A stretch of 64,000 nt of DNA from positions 18,166,001 to 18,230,000 of the forward strand of contig NW_026889779.1 of the NCBI RefSeq assembly GCF_033153115.1, in the 5' to 3' direction. The first letter of the stretch is position 1; each line of letters opens with the position of its first letter. Below, one piece after another: positions 27,301 to 41,387 of the stretch. The DNA comes from Saccostrea echinata (taxonomy: Eukaryota). The translations under genes were made by a program, and so were the position numbers. A model generated the notes under the pieces. It saw nothing but the letters and a program-made list of their open reading frames with translations. It was not told where the DNA came from and ran no database searches.

Positions 27301-30300
27301 TTGATTGGTTCCCTGAAACTGATTGGTTCTCTTTCTTTCTTTTCCTTGGGTTCCTTTGCTCTGAAATCTACTTTTTCGACATCTGTGGGTCCCTCAACTG
27401 ATCGATCTGTTTCCGGTAGCGGAATCAGACCGTTTGTAAGTGCTTTCCGCCCTTTGTTTGTCATTATAACTCGGGATCTTGGTTCCGGAATTCTGTAACT
27501 GATTGGTTCTCGGAATGTCCTTGGTTCTCTCTCCTTGGTGTACGTTTTGGGTCGTTCGCTGCTGTGATAGCCTTCGTCTCGGGATTCACGTGATTTTCTT
27601 GTGTGAATAATTTGGGTCTTTATTTAAAAAAAAAAATAGAATAAACGTCATTAATATGTTGAAATCCGTTTAAAAAAAAATTCTAGTAACAAAACGGTGT
27701 ATAATATATTTTTAAGTGTGTTTGCTCTGCTCCTGATTTGTATTGTTTGAATGGACTTTTGAGCTTGAATACTGCTCGATATCTCCATTTTCCATTAATA
27801 TTTTAATGCTTGTAATATTTTTTTTATATAGAATTTTCCTTTAGCATTTTTCGGGTTTCTATATGTTGATATTTCTTGAAATTAAAGATTCTATTTCTGC
27901 TTTCTGGTTCTGTTTGAGATTTAAAGTCTTTATTTTTAGAAATTGAAAACCTGTCACTGTAGCCTAGTGGTAGGGCGTTCGCTTCGTGATCGTGAGGCCC
28001 GGTTTCGATCGTTTCTCGTTCGCAAGCCGCGTCAAAGTGAAATCTAAGACGTAACCATAGGTAGTAGCCGTTCCTTCGCCAAGCGCCCGGCATTAGAAGT
28101 GAAAGTCACGGGTCTTTTGGATGAGACCTTAAAAACCGAGGCCATATGTCACGGTAGGCGTTGGCACGATAAGGAACCCCCACTGCTCAAATGACCTTGA
28201 GTGCCGAGTAAAGGTCTAGATTTGAAGCCCCTCACCGGTATATGGGGAAGTCTCTATATGAGTGAAATATTCTCGAATGGGACGTAAAACAACATACAAT
28301 AAATCAATCAATCAGAAATTGACTAGAGATTTAGGGGTACTTTAAGTGTTTCTAATCCGACGTAAATTTCCCACGGTAACTGATTTTTTTTCCCTAAGGC
28401 CAATGCTTAGGAGAGCTATGGACATCTTTTAGAGTGTGTCTAATTATTTTGCCTTACAATCTGAAGTTTTGCAGAAAGGATGCGCCGAGTAGTATTAAAT
28501 TTTTATCTTACTTTTTACTCTTTTTCAAAACTAGTCATGAAAGGCTATTTTCAAAGTATAATAAGCAAATAACTTTATTATTCTACATTGTTTAGATTTA
28601 AAATTCTCAATTCAGACCATGACATTTGGTGCTGGGAGATTTCTTTCTTTAAAGGAAAGCTAATTATGCAATCTTTATAAAAATATACTAGTAAATAAAT
28701 TATATGTTGTCTTATTCTTTGTTAAATTTTCACAAATCTTTTAATAAATAGCTTGTTTTCAACAAATGTTGTATTTTTATTGCTATATTTTGTCTTTCTA
28801 AATAAATTATTTTCTCGTTTCTGCTGGGTGTATATTCTGCTTTTCGTGTTGAACGGTTCACATTTTCCAGCCAGAAAACCTTTTCTGTGATACACACTTT
28901 GAACTGATCTTACCTTCTCTAGTCCAGTAGCCTGCATAACCCTGGCATACCCCGGAAGTCCGGTTAAATCCCGGGTGTCCGTCCTCTGCTGGACCAAGTA
29001 TCCAGCCTAAAAATAATAACTTATTGAACAGCAACTGTATATTTACACTAAAATATAGATATATATAGTTACAGAAATAACTCAGAAATACGCCTAAAAA
29101 TTGAAGGATTTACACACCATTATCAATATTCTTTCCTATTGGACCAAATAAATACCGTGACTGAAAGCAATATATTTAATGTATTGAAATAGCTAAGCTT
29201 GCTTGCTAATGGGAATTAAATATTGAAAATGCTCCTGTTTTTATATTATCAAAGAGAGTAAAAGTTTAACGATATTAGTAGCTGACCTACATTGCTGTAC
29301 ATAAAAAAGTGTTGGGAGTTTAAGTGATGTGGCATTACAACTACACTATGTATTCACTATGTATGGAGATGTCGTAAGAAATTGTGTTGCAAATAGTGAG
29401 ATAAAAAGAGAAGACATCAGGACACGACTGAGCAAGCAATGGAAGTTTATGCAGGACTCATCAATCGATTGTTGTAGAGATTAGAAACGGATCCAGGTTA
29501 TCTTTTACTCACACCCTAGGGCATACTAGTGAACAATCAACCCGGAAAGAAGGGGGTTACAATTGTAAAAGAACCCATTGCTCGGTTCATTGTTTGAGAG
29601 GTCAATAAGCTAAATATGCATACAGGTTAATTGTTTCTGAATATAATCTTGACCACTGATTTATGGCCACTCGTGAAATAAAATAAGAATGCTCATGTCG
29701 TCATAAAACTCCCGGGCTATCTCGAAATGTTCAGTGCAATGTATACATGAATAGTCATTACAAGTGTGTACATTTATATTGGGCCATTCCAAGTTTTTTC
29801 TCTGTTTAGCGTCCACCCGTCTTTCAAAAACCTACCTACCTATTCGCAAAAAACACACAAGCCAAAAAATAAAAAACAGACTTTATAGTCATAAAAATGA
29901 CGACATTCAAAGGATTTTATTTCATCGATCCGTTTTTCTTGTAGAACGATCTATTCCCTAGTAAAACCAAAGTATTAAATGCTAAAAATATATCAAATAT
30001 GACATATTGAAGACAGATATTTAGAGAAATTGACAGAATTAAAAGATTTTGACCAGAATATTCAATTTTAGGACTCGAGATTTTGTTTGTTTTTTCTGGT
30101 ATTGGGTGTCAAAAACCAAGGCGCACGCGGACGCTAAACAGAGAAATAACTTGGAATGGCCTTGTACTATTTAATCCAACAAAAAGCAGGGTGTACATAT
30201 ATGTTGTACTATTTAATCCAACAAAAAGCAGAGAGTACGTATTTATTGTACTGTTTAATCCAACAAAAGACAGAGTGTATAAATATATACTGTACTATTT

Positions 30301-30557
30301 AATCCAACAAAATTGTTTATATATACATGTACTCTACATGTTAGCAGAGAGCACATTGTGCATCTTATTTACATACATCAAAAAAAAACTTTTGTACATT
30401 TGTATGATTTGAATTGCAACTTATGACATACCTCGATCAGTAAGTAAAAAAAATCATTTATACAGAGAGTACTTCGAGGTTTTCATATGACAGAATGATG
30501 ATGAAATATCTTTGAGATATACGTAAGTACCTGGTACATTTAACAACGTACCTGCAT
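24340..30557 (-). CDS. TRIM-family E3 ubiquitin ligase (RING, 2 B-boxes, coiled coil, filamin/Ig-like repeat, B30.2/SPRY-like), ~904 aa
   Basis: Exons 30557-30552 (ATGCAG, tentative), 29006-28914, 27617-27222, 26981-25547, 25223-25095, 24995-24340, all phases consistent. RING CEVC...LPCLHTFCNRC...CPSC; B-boxes CRDC..FCKDC..MCFEC..H and C..H..YYC....PVCKMC..H; filamin VEIRDPKG...DGCYRVYY....GQH; SPRY GRYYYEV...YGFLLD...LWPVFG. Confidence 0.9.
27947..28313 (+). mobile_element. Full-length tRNA-derived SINE in a TRIM intron
   Basis: tRNA-like head (gtagcctagtggtagggcgttcgc...ggtttcgatc), body, (aatc)n tail; TSD AGAAATTGA on both sides. Confidence 0.9.
30160..30312. repeat. Minisatellite, ~42-45-bp unit, ~3.5 copies
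   Basis: tgtactatttaatccaacaaaa occurs four times. Confidence 0.9.
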
Positions 30558-31580
30558 TTTAAAAATATTCTCTCCTGTCCCAAAATTTTGGCCGACAATT
30601 TGAAGAGATCGGAATGGCGTCCACTCTGTGCCTCTTTGTTTGTTGATAGATACGAGAGCTCAGAAACAATCGCCCAATAATCAGTAATGAACATTCTAAC
30701 GGAAAGTGTTTATTGGAAAAATTAAAAGCGCGCACCTGCCTGATCATCCGAACCAATGCCTTTATTGTAAAGATAATGCTTGTTGTTTCTAAGGCATTAA
30801 ATTCCTTTTCGTCCGTTTATACCGTGTGTACTCAAGAGAAAAGATAAGATTCTAGCGATTCTAGTGTACAATGGATCAGAGTTACAGTCTCTATATTGTA
30901 TTAGTATTTCTACTGCATACAGTTGAAATGGAGAAATTAATTGTGGTCGAAGCGCTACACTTTTAACAACTTAAAATTGGATCAAATAAGTTTTAAAAAA
31001 TTATTTCTGATGATCACGTCTATATCACCATGGCCGTAGGAACCGGGCTGGGGGATGGGGTGGGGGCGTGTCCTCTCCAATAAATAATTTTGTCGATAAA
31101 AAGAATACTATAGAAAACATACATGTAGCTGTGGCCCCTCAATAATCTTTGTTTTTCATTTCATTTTTTTTAAATTAATTAATTAATTAATTTATTTATT
31201 TATTTTTGCTCATCAAGGAATTTTTGGTAGTTGGTAACTAGTGCCCACTCAACTGAAAACTAAAAATGTATGGTGTGTGTGCGCCCCGCCAACCCACCTC
31301 CACCCCCCAAACTTAGAAATTGAACGTAGAAACGTAGAAATTGCTTCCTACTGGTCTGATCAAGAGAGAATGAGAAAGAGAGAGAGAGAGAATGAGAGAG
31401 TGCAAACCTTGTTGTTTAAATTACTTCAGTTCAAAATCATGCCCGAACTTTACAAAAAATAAACTTTTCTTTGTTTGTGATATGGAGTGAATGAAAAGAA
31501 ATAAAAACAAATTAACGAGTAAGCCAGCACTTTTCTTTTATGTTATATGATTTTGAAATCAAATCTGTAAAATACAGAGC

Positions 31581-31947
31581 NNNNNNNNNNNNNNNNNNNN
31601 NNNNNNNNNNNNNNNNNNNNNNNNNNNNNNNNNNNNNNNNNNNNNNNNNNNNNNNNNNNNNNNNNNNNNNNNNNNNNNNNNNNNNNNNNNNNNNNNNNNN
31701 NNNNNNNNNNNNNNNNNNNNNTATTAATTGATCTTAATTGTTTCAGGTCGATCGAAAACGCGTACCTGAAGATATTTTTGACCTCGGAAGCAAATTAAAA
31801 TCGAACNNNNNNNNNNNNNNNNNNNNNNNNNNNNNNNNNNNNNNNNNNNNNNNNNNNNNNNNNNNNNNNNNNNNNNNNNNNNNNNNNNNNNNNNNNNNNN
31901 NNNNNNNNNNNNNNNNNNNNNNNNNNNNNNNNNNNNNNNNNNNNNNN
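31581..31947. other. Two assembly gaps (31581-31721, 31807-31947), likely hiding the first exon of GRTP1
   Basis: N runs; GRTP1 has no visible start codon downstream. Confidence 0.9.
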
Positions 31948-32566
31948 TTTTTGTTCCTTTTATATGTTTGAATTGTTTGTCATTTTAGCCTTTGGTTTTC
32001 GCTAAATTAAATGATAATTAATCTTAATCATTAATTAATCAGATATCGTCGTTGATCCGCTGAAAAGATATACAACACTCGGAGTTCTCGTCCTTGGTAG
32101 ATGTCGTCAGCTTATTTCCTGTTCACTTTCTAGCAGATGATGGTTCGAAGATCGTTGATAGAGTAGGTAAAGAAGATGATAAAATCGATAGGAGACTTAA
32201 CATCAGGTCTGAGATGACATGGGGGAGAGAAAAGACGCTGACAATACCCTCAGAAGGTTCGTGCTCTAGCGACGTTTTACTTTTTGATGTCTGTAGTTTA
32301 GAAAATGCAGGGACATGTTTTTGATAAGGGGGTGGAAGGTTTTAATAATTTATTACTAGATCTATAACATCGCAAGTTAACAACAGATAAAATTTTCAGA
32401 GCAGTTCTAAAACCAGAGTATTTAATCTTGTAACTTTATAACTATATGTTACCGCTGTATTTGAACTTGATGCAAGTTTACGTATTACACAGGCCTATGC
32501 TATTACAGTAATAATCTGGAAGTTTGGATAAGACCTTAATTCTCCCCTTATCATTTCGTTTAACAG

Positions 32567-35500
32567 CCAGGTGGACGGGTATGGTTTTGACAGGAGCCAG
32601 GACCCAAACTCAGACGCTTACGATGAATTCATGGCTGGTTACCTCCCTGTCTTGGCTCGAAGAGAATCTCGCTGGAAGTCATTAGTGTCCAAGGGAGAGG
32701 ATATTGCTAAAAATAGGAAGGGTGAGCTTATGAAATGGTTTCTAAAAGCTGTTATACAGTAAATGAAAGTTGTCAGTCAGCTTCCTTTGCCATATGGCTC
32801 ATAACTCAGAATCAGTAGGGAACCTAGATTGCATTTTGTCCCTTCTTTTAGCATGTTTAGATGTATTTAGACGTACCACAGTGAAAGTACTCGAAGTACC
32901 ATGGAATATGATGAAAATGTAAACTTTTTATAATTTATACAAACCCCAAGTTAGGCCAGAGATGGACAGAGATCTAGAGATATTTCAAAACTCTTTTCTG
33001 GAAGTAGACTCCAAACTCCAAAGCCAGTGGAAACATAATAAATATACCATTGCAAAAGTCAAAAACAAAGCTTTTGTGTTAAATTAGTTTGCATGAACAT
33101 AATGATTCTAATTTCTTATTACATGGTCCAGATTGAGATAGACATTAATTAACATTTTCTGCAAGTAGACTCCAAACCCAGTGAAACACATGGGAAAAAA
33201 TCAATTAAAAGTTAATGTGAAATACTAAAGTAGATAAAGTGATGATTGTAAGGTTGTCATGTTGATTAATCAAAAAATAATGAATTGCTTTTCTTTTGAT
33301 CTTGTGCACATGTACAATTTTGATTTGGTTTTCGGTGTCATTTTTCAGTTTCCAAGTGAAACAACATTGGTCAAGACCAATTTCTAATAATCATGTTAAT
33401 GTAAATGTATGACATTATATAACATGTATGATTATTTGTTAAAATATGCTTGCATATTTTAAAAATGCCATACATGTAATAAGGTCATATCTTGGTCTTG
33501 CATTAACTCACCTCTCCAATAGGTAACCCCCCAGGCTAGATAGAATGTTCTATCATTATGAAATGATAATATATCCTACAGAGCCGTTTTGTGGGGGCCT
33601 GTCCCAAGACACAGATTATTCTAACTACCCAAAGTCAAGAGCAATTTGAAGGCAACTTTTATTAGATTTGTTAATTCTAATATTAAATGTACCATTGTAT
33701 GGAAGCTATTAGAAATGTTATTAAAAGGTATACTGCTTCCTTATGTTTTCATTAGAACTAGGAAGTATATAGGATTTGACATATGTGTGAAATGGAGAGG
33801 AAATCTGTGTTATAAGCCATATTTTAAAATTACTTCCTTTTATGGAACTGTTTAGAATTGAAAACAAATTTTAGGGCTTAAAATCTTGACATAGTGTCAT
33901 ATAAATGCTAAAATCTCATCATATAAAATTAATGTATATATTTTGTATCCGCTATAAATTTATCATTTCTATTGAGACAACAGCTTGAAAACAGACTTTT
34001 CAGAATTGATCAAAATAAATAGATCAGTATCCCCATATTGTTAAGCATCTATGTGATCCACATGTAACAATACAGCATGATAATTCAGTTAACCTGAAGC
34101 AGAATAAAGCTAGGTTTAACTATATACAGCAGTAGTAGCATGTGGGAGTTTTATTGATAGATTTTTCCATTTGAAAAAAAGATCTGGTAATTTTGCAATC
34201 TCAACATTTTATAATATTTTCAGGTTATTCTCTGTCAATATAAGAGTAAATCATTAAAAATCTTTCTGTATTTGCATGGGTGCTATTCTTTTTATCATAT
34301 ATTACATATATGTAATTTCGTTTAGTTATTCGTAAACCTGATGAAAGAATTGAACAAAAATTAAAGGTTTTCCCTATTTTCCCTATATATGCATATGTAT
34401 GCATATATGTACTACATGCAACATGTATATATGCAGGTGTACATGTTGCAGCTTCATGTATATGGCATAAATTTGTACTTTGTTTCTTTTTTAAGGGGGG
34501 GGGGGGGGGGGATGGGGTGTCACAGAATGAAAATATTTGAAAGGCAAATTAAAGCCTTGATTTTATGTTCTTAAAATTAGCAAAAACATTACAAATCAAA
34601 TTTTTAAAAAAATAATGTAGATTAATTGATGTACTTTTTCATTTCAGTTAAAAGATTTTGTAGAAAGGGAATTCCAAATGAACATAGAAAATATGTAAGT
34701 CATTTATCTTTGTGAATCATTTTCAAAGTATGATAATTATTATTAAAAAATGTAATCTTTCTTCCAAAGATTTAAATTCATAGATCACTGTAGTATTAGA
34801 TAGTTTTATTGAATTGGGTAGAAATCCATTACTTTGTCATGTTTGTTCAATATTTGGACAATGTCATATTATACTGTTCTGCCAAAATTGTTCTGAATTT
34901 GCATTTAAATTTTATTAAAGGTTTGGATGTTGCTGAGTGGAGCAGAAGAAAAAAAGAAAATGAACCCCAAAACATATAAATTACTCCTTCTGGGTGAAAA
35001 GGACACAACTGTTGTAGAAACTATAGCTCTAGGTTTGTCTTTTTACCCATGTTATCTTAATTACCTGGGTTTTTTACTCGTTACTTTTATTAAACATGTT
35101 AAATCACAATAACAGAAGAAGTGATGATTGAAACAGAGTTCTTGATTTGGATATATAAGGAAGATGAAATTCATTCATTTGCAAAAGTTGTCAAAAATGA
35201 GAGTGAAAATATCAAGCAAATAGAAACTTCGATCCAAATATTCAAAACAAAAAAATTTTAAATTTACTCTCTAAAGTTATGTCCAACAAGTGTATACACT
35301 TTATTTACTATGTATGCCTTTCAATCATAAAAATGAACTGTAGAACATAAAGCAATCCATAATATTAAGTTAAAGTTTATTGGCATCTGCAATTCTTGTT
35401 TATTGTATGTAGTAATCTAAGGGTGTCTTACAAACTATACAAACATGCTAGATTTATTGAAGGAAATGTTTTCTAGCTAAGTTTATAGTCCTTTCTGTTT

Positions 35501-38165
35501 ATCTTCAATACAATGGATGAAGTACTGTCTATGTTGTTTAGATTTACACAGGACATTTCCTGAGAATATATACTTCTCTACCAAGGACGGTCTACGTAGC
35601 TCCCTCAGTAACGTCCTGATAGCCATCTCACATCATAACCCAGACAAAGGTTATTGTCAGGTGAGTCACTGTCTGGTTCAAACTTAACAATGGAGTCACT
35701 GTCTGATTTAAACTGACCAATCAAGTCTCTGTCTGATTTAAACTGACCAATCAAGTCACTATCTGGTTCAAACTGACCAATCAAGTCATTGTCTGATTCA
35801 AACTGACCAATCAAGTCTCTGTCTGATTTATACTGACCAATCAAGTCACTGTCAGGTTCACACTGACCATTCAAGTCACTGTCTGATTCAGACTGACCAA
35901 TTAAGTCACTGTCTGGCTCAAACTGACCAATTAAGTCATTGTCTAATTCAAACTGACCAATCAAGTCACTGTCTGGTTCAAACTAACCAATGACTGAGTC
36001 ATTGTCTGGGACTGAATTTTATAACCAAATTGCTGTTTTTTACAGGGACTGAATAATATAGCTGGATTGTTGTTTTTTACAGGGACTAAATTTTATAGCT
36101 GGATTGTTGCTCCTAATTGTTAAGGATGAAGAGAGTGTGTTCTGGCTTATGGACTGTCTGATGAATGAAATATTACCAGGTCAGTATAATATACAGGTCA
36201 AAGGTTCATGCAGTTTTTCCTCTTGTCATATACATTGACACAATATTAACGGGATAACTTTTAAGATCATATTGGTTAACCTATCCCCTGGATATATGAA
36301 CAAACCCTTCTACTAGCCAGTAGATGTCAGATTTCCAGTTAGCCATTGTATCTCAATTTGAGATTTACATGTATCTGTTTGAAGTATATATCTGTTTTAG
36401 AAAACTGTTTTTACATATTTATGATGTTTTACAGATTTTTATTCCCCTGGTATGGAAGCCGTCAAGGCAGAACAAGAGCTGTTAGGAGAAATCATTAAGT
36501 AAGTCTGTACTATATGATTTAAAAAGTTTGTAGTGAGTTATGTGCTCCAAACATTGAAAATCATTTGAAAGTATGTTGATGTGTAGTTTGATTTTAAAAC
36601 AGTTTATAGTGATGCATATGCTTCATGAATGCATATAGGAGAAATCATAATGTAGTCTGTGCTTTGAATATAAACATGTATATACATGTATGTGGTAAAC
36701 CTCTGTTCATGTAAGTCTGTGCTCCATATATAGAAGAAATAGAGAAGAGGGTACTCAGAAAATGAAGAGAAAATTGTTAGTTATATGTAAGTGTAGTTTG
36801 TATTTTTTTTTAAGATGGAAGGACCCAGTCCTGTATGAACACATGGATACAGTGGGGGTCCAGTGGTGCCTTGTAGGAACAAAGTGGTTCATGTGTCTAT
36901 TTGCTGATGTACTGCCAACAGAGGTAGTTATTGTAGCTTCTGTAACAATTTTATAATTTTGATTTACCAAACAAAAGTATGTAGAAAGCTGGCCCTCTAT
37001 ATTTGCAAAAGGTGTTCTGGGACAGTTGAGATTTAGTTGTTATAAATTTCAGTATTTATGAAAATTGTTCCATTTTATGTTTATCATTATAAATAAAGGG
37101 TGACCAGAAATCATATAATGAGACTAGAAAATGAAGAAGCCAATTATTTTATTTGGCCAACATAAAATAATTAAATTGTTTTTCATCTCCCCCTTCACCA
37201 GCTGTATCTGTGAGTAATTCTCAAACTTCATTTATAATCTCCCCATCACCACTGTATCTGAATAATTCTCTTTGTAGACTGTTTTACGTATTTGGGACTG
37301 CATGTTTTATGAGGGCAGTAAAGTTCTACTTCGAGTATCAGCAATGTTAATCCTTCAGAACAGAGACCATCTAATGGCCTGCAGTAATTTCACATCAATG
37401 GTGAATGAGCTTCAGTCCATCATCAAAAACCCACAGAGTCTGAACTGTCACAAGTTGATGAAGGTAAGAGAGGGTATGGAAAAGTATAGGTTCTTATGGC
37501 TGCTTCTACAACAAGTGAAGATAACAAACAGTGATCAGTTTCATAAATCCAGTTAAGAACTTGGAAATAAAAAATCATGAACAGCACAGAAACACAAACT
37601 CTCGAAACACCAAGGGTGGGATCAGGTGCCTAGGAGGAGTAAGCATCCCCTGTTGAGTGGTCACAACCACCATGAGCCCTCTGTTTTGCTCAGGTAAATG
37701 GAGTAATTAGTAGTCCAGTTGATGGGATAGAAATGGTCATGGATGATTCATATACATCAGTTCATTTCATTTCACTGATGTTTCATTTAATTGGTACTTT
37801 ACATGTATATTGTTTGAATGAAGATCATAATTTTATACAGTCAAACCTTGTTACATGTATCTTAAACTCAATGGGATAAAAAAATTGAAATATCCAAAGA
37901 TTTGTGATACTTACAGAATTAAAAAGTGGTTTGGATATGGAAGTTTGAGATACTGAAGTTCAGCTGCATAGATACATGTATGCAGTAGAAATTATTACTG
38001 TAATTGCATTGCATTTCATTTTCCCAATCCGAAATGGAATTCACAGATTCTTTTTCATTTACTGAATAACTTCTTTTGCAGCACTGTTTTAAGAGACTGG
38101 GTTCATTCCCCCATTCTCGGATTGAGAAAATGAGGCGTGAGTGTCTGGCTAGAGTGGGGGACTGA
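32567..38165 (+). CDS. GRTP1: Growth hormone-regulated TBC protein 1 (Rab-GAP, TBC1D6); first coding exon not visible
   Basis: Exons 32567-32721, 34648-34694, 34921-35032, 35542-35660, 36083-36179, 36435-36498, 36815-36923, 37278-37463, 38082-38165. Motifs VDGYGF, RKGIPNEHR..VWMLLSGA, DLHRTFP, GYCQGLNFIAG, WFMCLFADVLPTETVLRIWDC match GRTP1. Confidence 0.95.
35662..36008. repeat. 30-bp intronic minisatellite, ~11 copies
   Basis: gtcactgtctg(g/a)ttcaaactgaccaatcaa units start at the splice donor. Confidence 0.95.
37525..37700. mobile_element. Fragment of an interspersed repeat common in oyster DNA (class uncertain)
   Basis: Motif ggtgggatcaggtgcctaggaggagtaagcatcccctg recognised from memory; no TIR or TSD seen. 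Confidence 0.5.
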
Positions 38166-41100
38166 CATCTACAAAAGTAAAGAGACTTCAAACATGCCTC
38201 AAGCTTGGATGTCATCTGGAATAATCTAAAAAGGCAGTGAAATTATTTTGAAGATTACTGAGTAGTTATGATGTCATCTTGAAATTTTTAAATGGCCTTG
38301 TTGTAAACTGAAGAGCTGCAGAACCTATGATATCATCTTGAAGATTTCAAAAAGGTTATGATTTTAAGCTCTTGTTGTACCTATTACTCAGTGGATTTTA
38401 GTGAGGACCTGATTTCAGTGTATGAAACTCCTGTTAGCTTACACTCTCTATACTAGCTACTCTTCATCAGGGATGATAATTTTTTTATTCAGTACTTTTA
38501 TGTCACCAGAGTCACCAGATTTTTTTTTTCAAAGCCTGAGAAACTCATGAAAGTTGCTCAATACTCAGGTGACTGTCATAGCCCATGGGCCTTTCGTTAT
38601 GGGCCTTTCGTTAGTTAATTTGGAAAATTTTGCCTAACAAGTAGATTTTTCAGGAGTTTCATACACTGCTTGTTGTTAATGGAAGATTTCTGAAAGGTCT
38701 TGGTGTCATTGGGGTATCATTTCTATTGGAACTAAATATCATAAAAATCAATGTATGATTTTCCTGCCATTTTAGCATTACGTTCATATAGATTTTGTTG
38801 AAATGTTGGTATATATTTACAATTTTAAGGTTTTTTTCTGATCTCATTATTTATTATCAGTAGATGAACATGTTTTCTTTGTTTTCAGTTCAGTTGAATT
38901 AAGGGCCATGTATTTGTTCTTTTTGTGTAATTTAAGAAATATTTACATATCTTTTTTAAGTCCAGCAAAACATGTTGATTAGTGTATCTTCTAATGCAAA
39001 TTCCAGTCCATAAATGGCCATATCTTAAATATACACAACTTATCTACCTGGAAATTTTGTGTGCATTTAGCTAACATACAGGGGAAGCAGGGATATCTTT
39101 ATAGCACAGTATAGCATAGCAAGTACAACCAGAGCAAAGTAATACCCTTAGATGTTTCTTTTCAAAATGGCTTTGACACAGCACTCTGGATTGATATAAA
39201 GAATTTATTCATAGGTTGCAGTAAATCACACAAATTTTGAACACAAATTTTAGCTCATATTTTCCAGCTGGGAGTAAATAGTTTATAATTGATCCATTTT
39301 GCTGTATATTCATATAGATTACTAATACAGTTGTTCTATAAAGCTAAAGAACTATCTCTTCTATTGTGAAATCGGTATTTTATCAACTGTAAAAATTTTG
39401 TAAATGCTGTCCTATAAAATTTTTTTTATAGAATTTTAACAAAACACAAAGCTAAAAATATCTTCTAAAGAATGGATAAAATCCAGGATGTGTTAATTGG
39501 TACTTATTGAACTTAGCAATTTAGTTGGGATTTTTTTTTTTTTTTTTTTTTGTACATCTTTGAGTACGAATGTACATTTTGTGGTTACACGTTTTAGAAG
39601 ACTGTACTCCCAGACAATAAATAGACACACAACATACACTTTTTTTTCTGGAAAATAAATTATCATCTTATTGTCTGAAATCATACAATTTATTTTATAC
39701 AGCAAACATTTTTTTGCAAAATGTTGGAAATTTTTTTTAGTGAATTTGGTTTTTATTCCAATTATTAATCAGTTAACTATATCAGTAGCAAATCTTTTTT
39801 GCAAATTTTTCAATTTTGAAATCCATCTACTGTGTGTTTTTGTATAGAATTAGTTTCTATTTATTATCATGCTAGATTAATTAAGACATGTTTTTGATTT
39901 TTGATGATATTAATACTCCTGTTTTGTCCAATCCGATGCATTCCGTTATTTATTGTTAATCATTTCATTTTGATTTACTATTTTTTAGGTTATCTGAATT
40001 TACTAATGGAAGGAAGGGAGAGGAGGTACATTTTAGCCTCTGAACTATTACAACACCAGTAAATTCAGAAATTCAGGGGGTTATACCTTTATAACCACAC
40101 CTCCTCTCCTAGAACCTCTCTCTGTTCCTTTATATCCTTGTTTGGTCATCACTTATCATTATGGATGGCAAGGCATATTTTTGAAATGGATTTATATGTA
40201 TATATTGATTTAGAAGAGGGATAATTACCATATACTCCAAAATTGATTGTCATCTCATTATGAACAAAAAATATCTATTAGAAACACACAATTTACAGTC
40301 GAACCTTGTCATCTAAAACTCAACTGGACCAATAAAAAACTTACATATCCAAGCATTTAAGATATTAAAGTTAAAATACTTTAAAGAAAAGTGGTTGGGT
40401 CTTCCAGCTCATTTCTACATATCCATTGTATTGGTGATATTAATGTTCAAGACACCAAATAGCAATTGTTCTAACTTGTTGCAAGTTCTGTCGTAGTGAC
40501 TCATGTGAGCATTATGGTCCATTAACCTCTTTTCTTTTTTTTTTCTTTTTTTAAGGGGGAGGGGGGGTTAAGGGTCACTTTAATCATGATCCATATTGCC
40601 ATGGTTCATTTATTTTGGATTTACTAGATCAGTTTGAAGACTTTCAATGATCTCAGCTACACTATCAAAAATGACTTAATATGTCTACAGTAAGCCAATG
40701 GTGTCAGCTGAATTAATAATTAATAGAGCTTGGCACCTGTTCATTATAGAAAAACCTGCTTTTCTTTTAAACATGCAAGCTACATGCACTTTGAGAAATT
40801 TTCTAAAAATAGTCCTTGGTCTACATAAAAAAGAATGTCTGTCTTGAAAAAAATACAAAATTACTGATTTTTTTTGTTTATTTTGCATGTGACTGCAAAA
40901 ATCATGAAAGGTTTATTTACAATGCAACAGTACTACATGTATTTCAATTTTTTTTTTCATAAAAAAAATTGTCGTCTTTATTTAGCATATCCATATTTTT
41001 TGTGCCATATCAGAAATGGGACCAATCATAAAATAATTAATAATTCAGATATATATACACAATTATGTACTTAATGCTAGACGCAAAACTTATCATTTCA

Positions 41101-41387
41101 GTATTTATTTTTAAGACAGTTTTTTTTTGTTTAAGATGATTGTTTATGTCAGTGCAATACCTTTATATGTATGTATACACATCACCTAGCTTAATTAGCA
41201 ATAAAAGAATTAAAAATATCTCCTTGTTTCACGTCTTGTTTACTGAAACACTGGATCAGTGTTTCAGTTCATTTGGTTAGGTGTAAATTCCTAGTACATA
41301 TTCTGCTGTATATTCAATAATTTGTTTTGATCTCTAGACGAATTTGTCAGAATAAGAGAATGGTGCGAGTTATCACAATACATATAA

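Noticed and set aside
24251-27498. Plus-strand and alternate-frame ORFs over the TRIM gene
   Set aside because: Shadow ORFs of real coding exons
27947-28030. tRNA gene
   Set aside because: It is a SINE head with body, tail and TSD; no proper cloverleaf
30083-30412. 109-aa ORF with LFNPTK repeats; CRISPR-like spacing
   Set aside because: Units including the spacers are homologous, so it is a minisatellite in a TRIM intron
31029-31358. G/C-run-bounded MITE-like segment (similar ones at ~2741-2892 and ~53922-54310)
   Set aside because: Termini too degenerate and no TSD found, so not called
32040-32330. Coding-looking block/76-aa ORF as GRTP1 exon 1
   Set aside because: No GRTP1 similarity, no ATG start, no convincing splice fit; origin unresolved
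35605-35964. 119-aa antisense ORF with DLIGQF repeats
   Set aside because: Translation of the 30-bp intronic minisatellite
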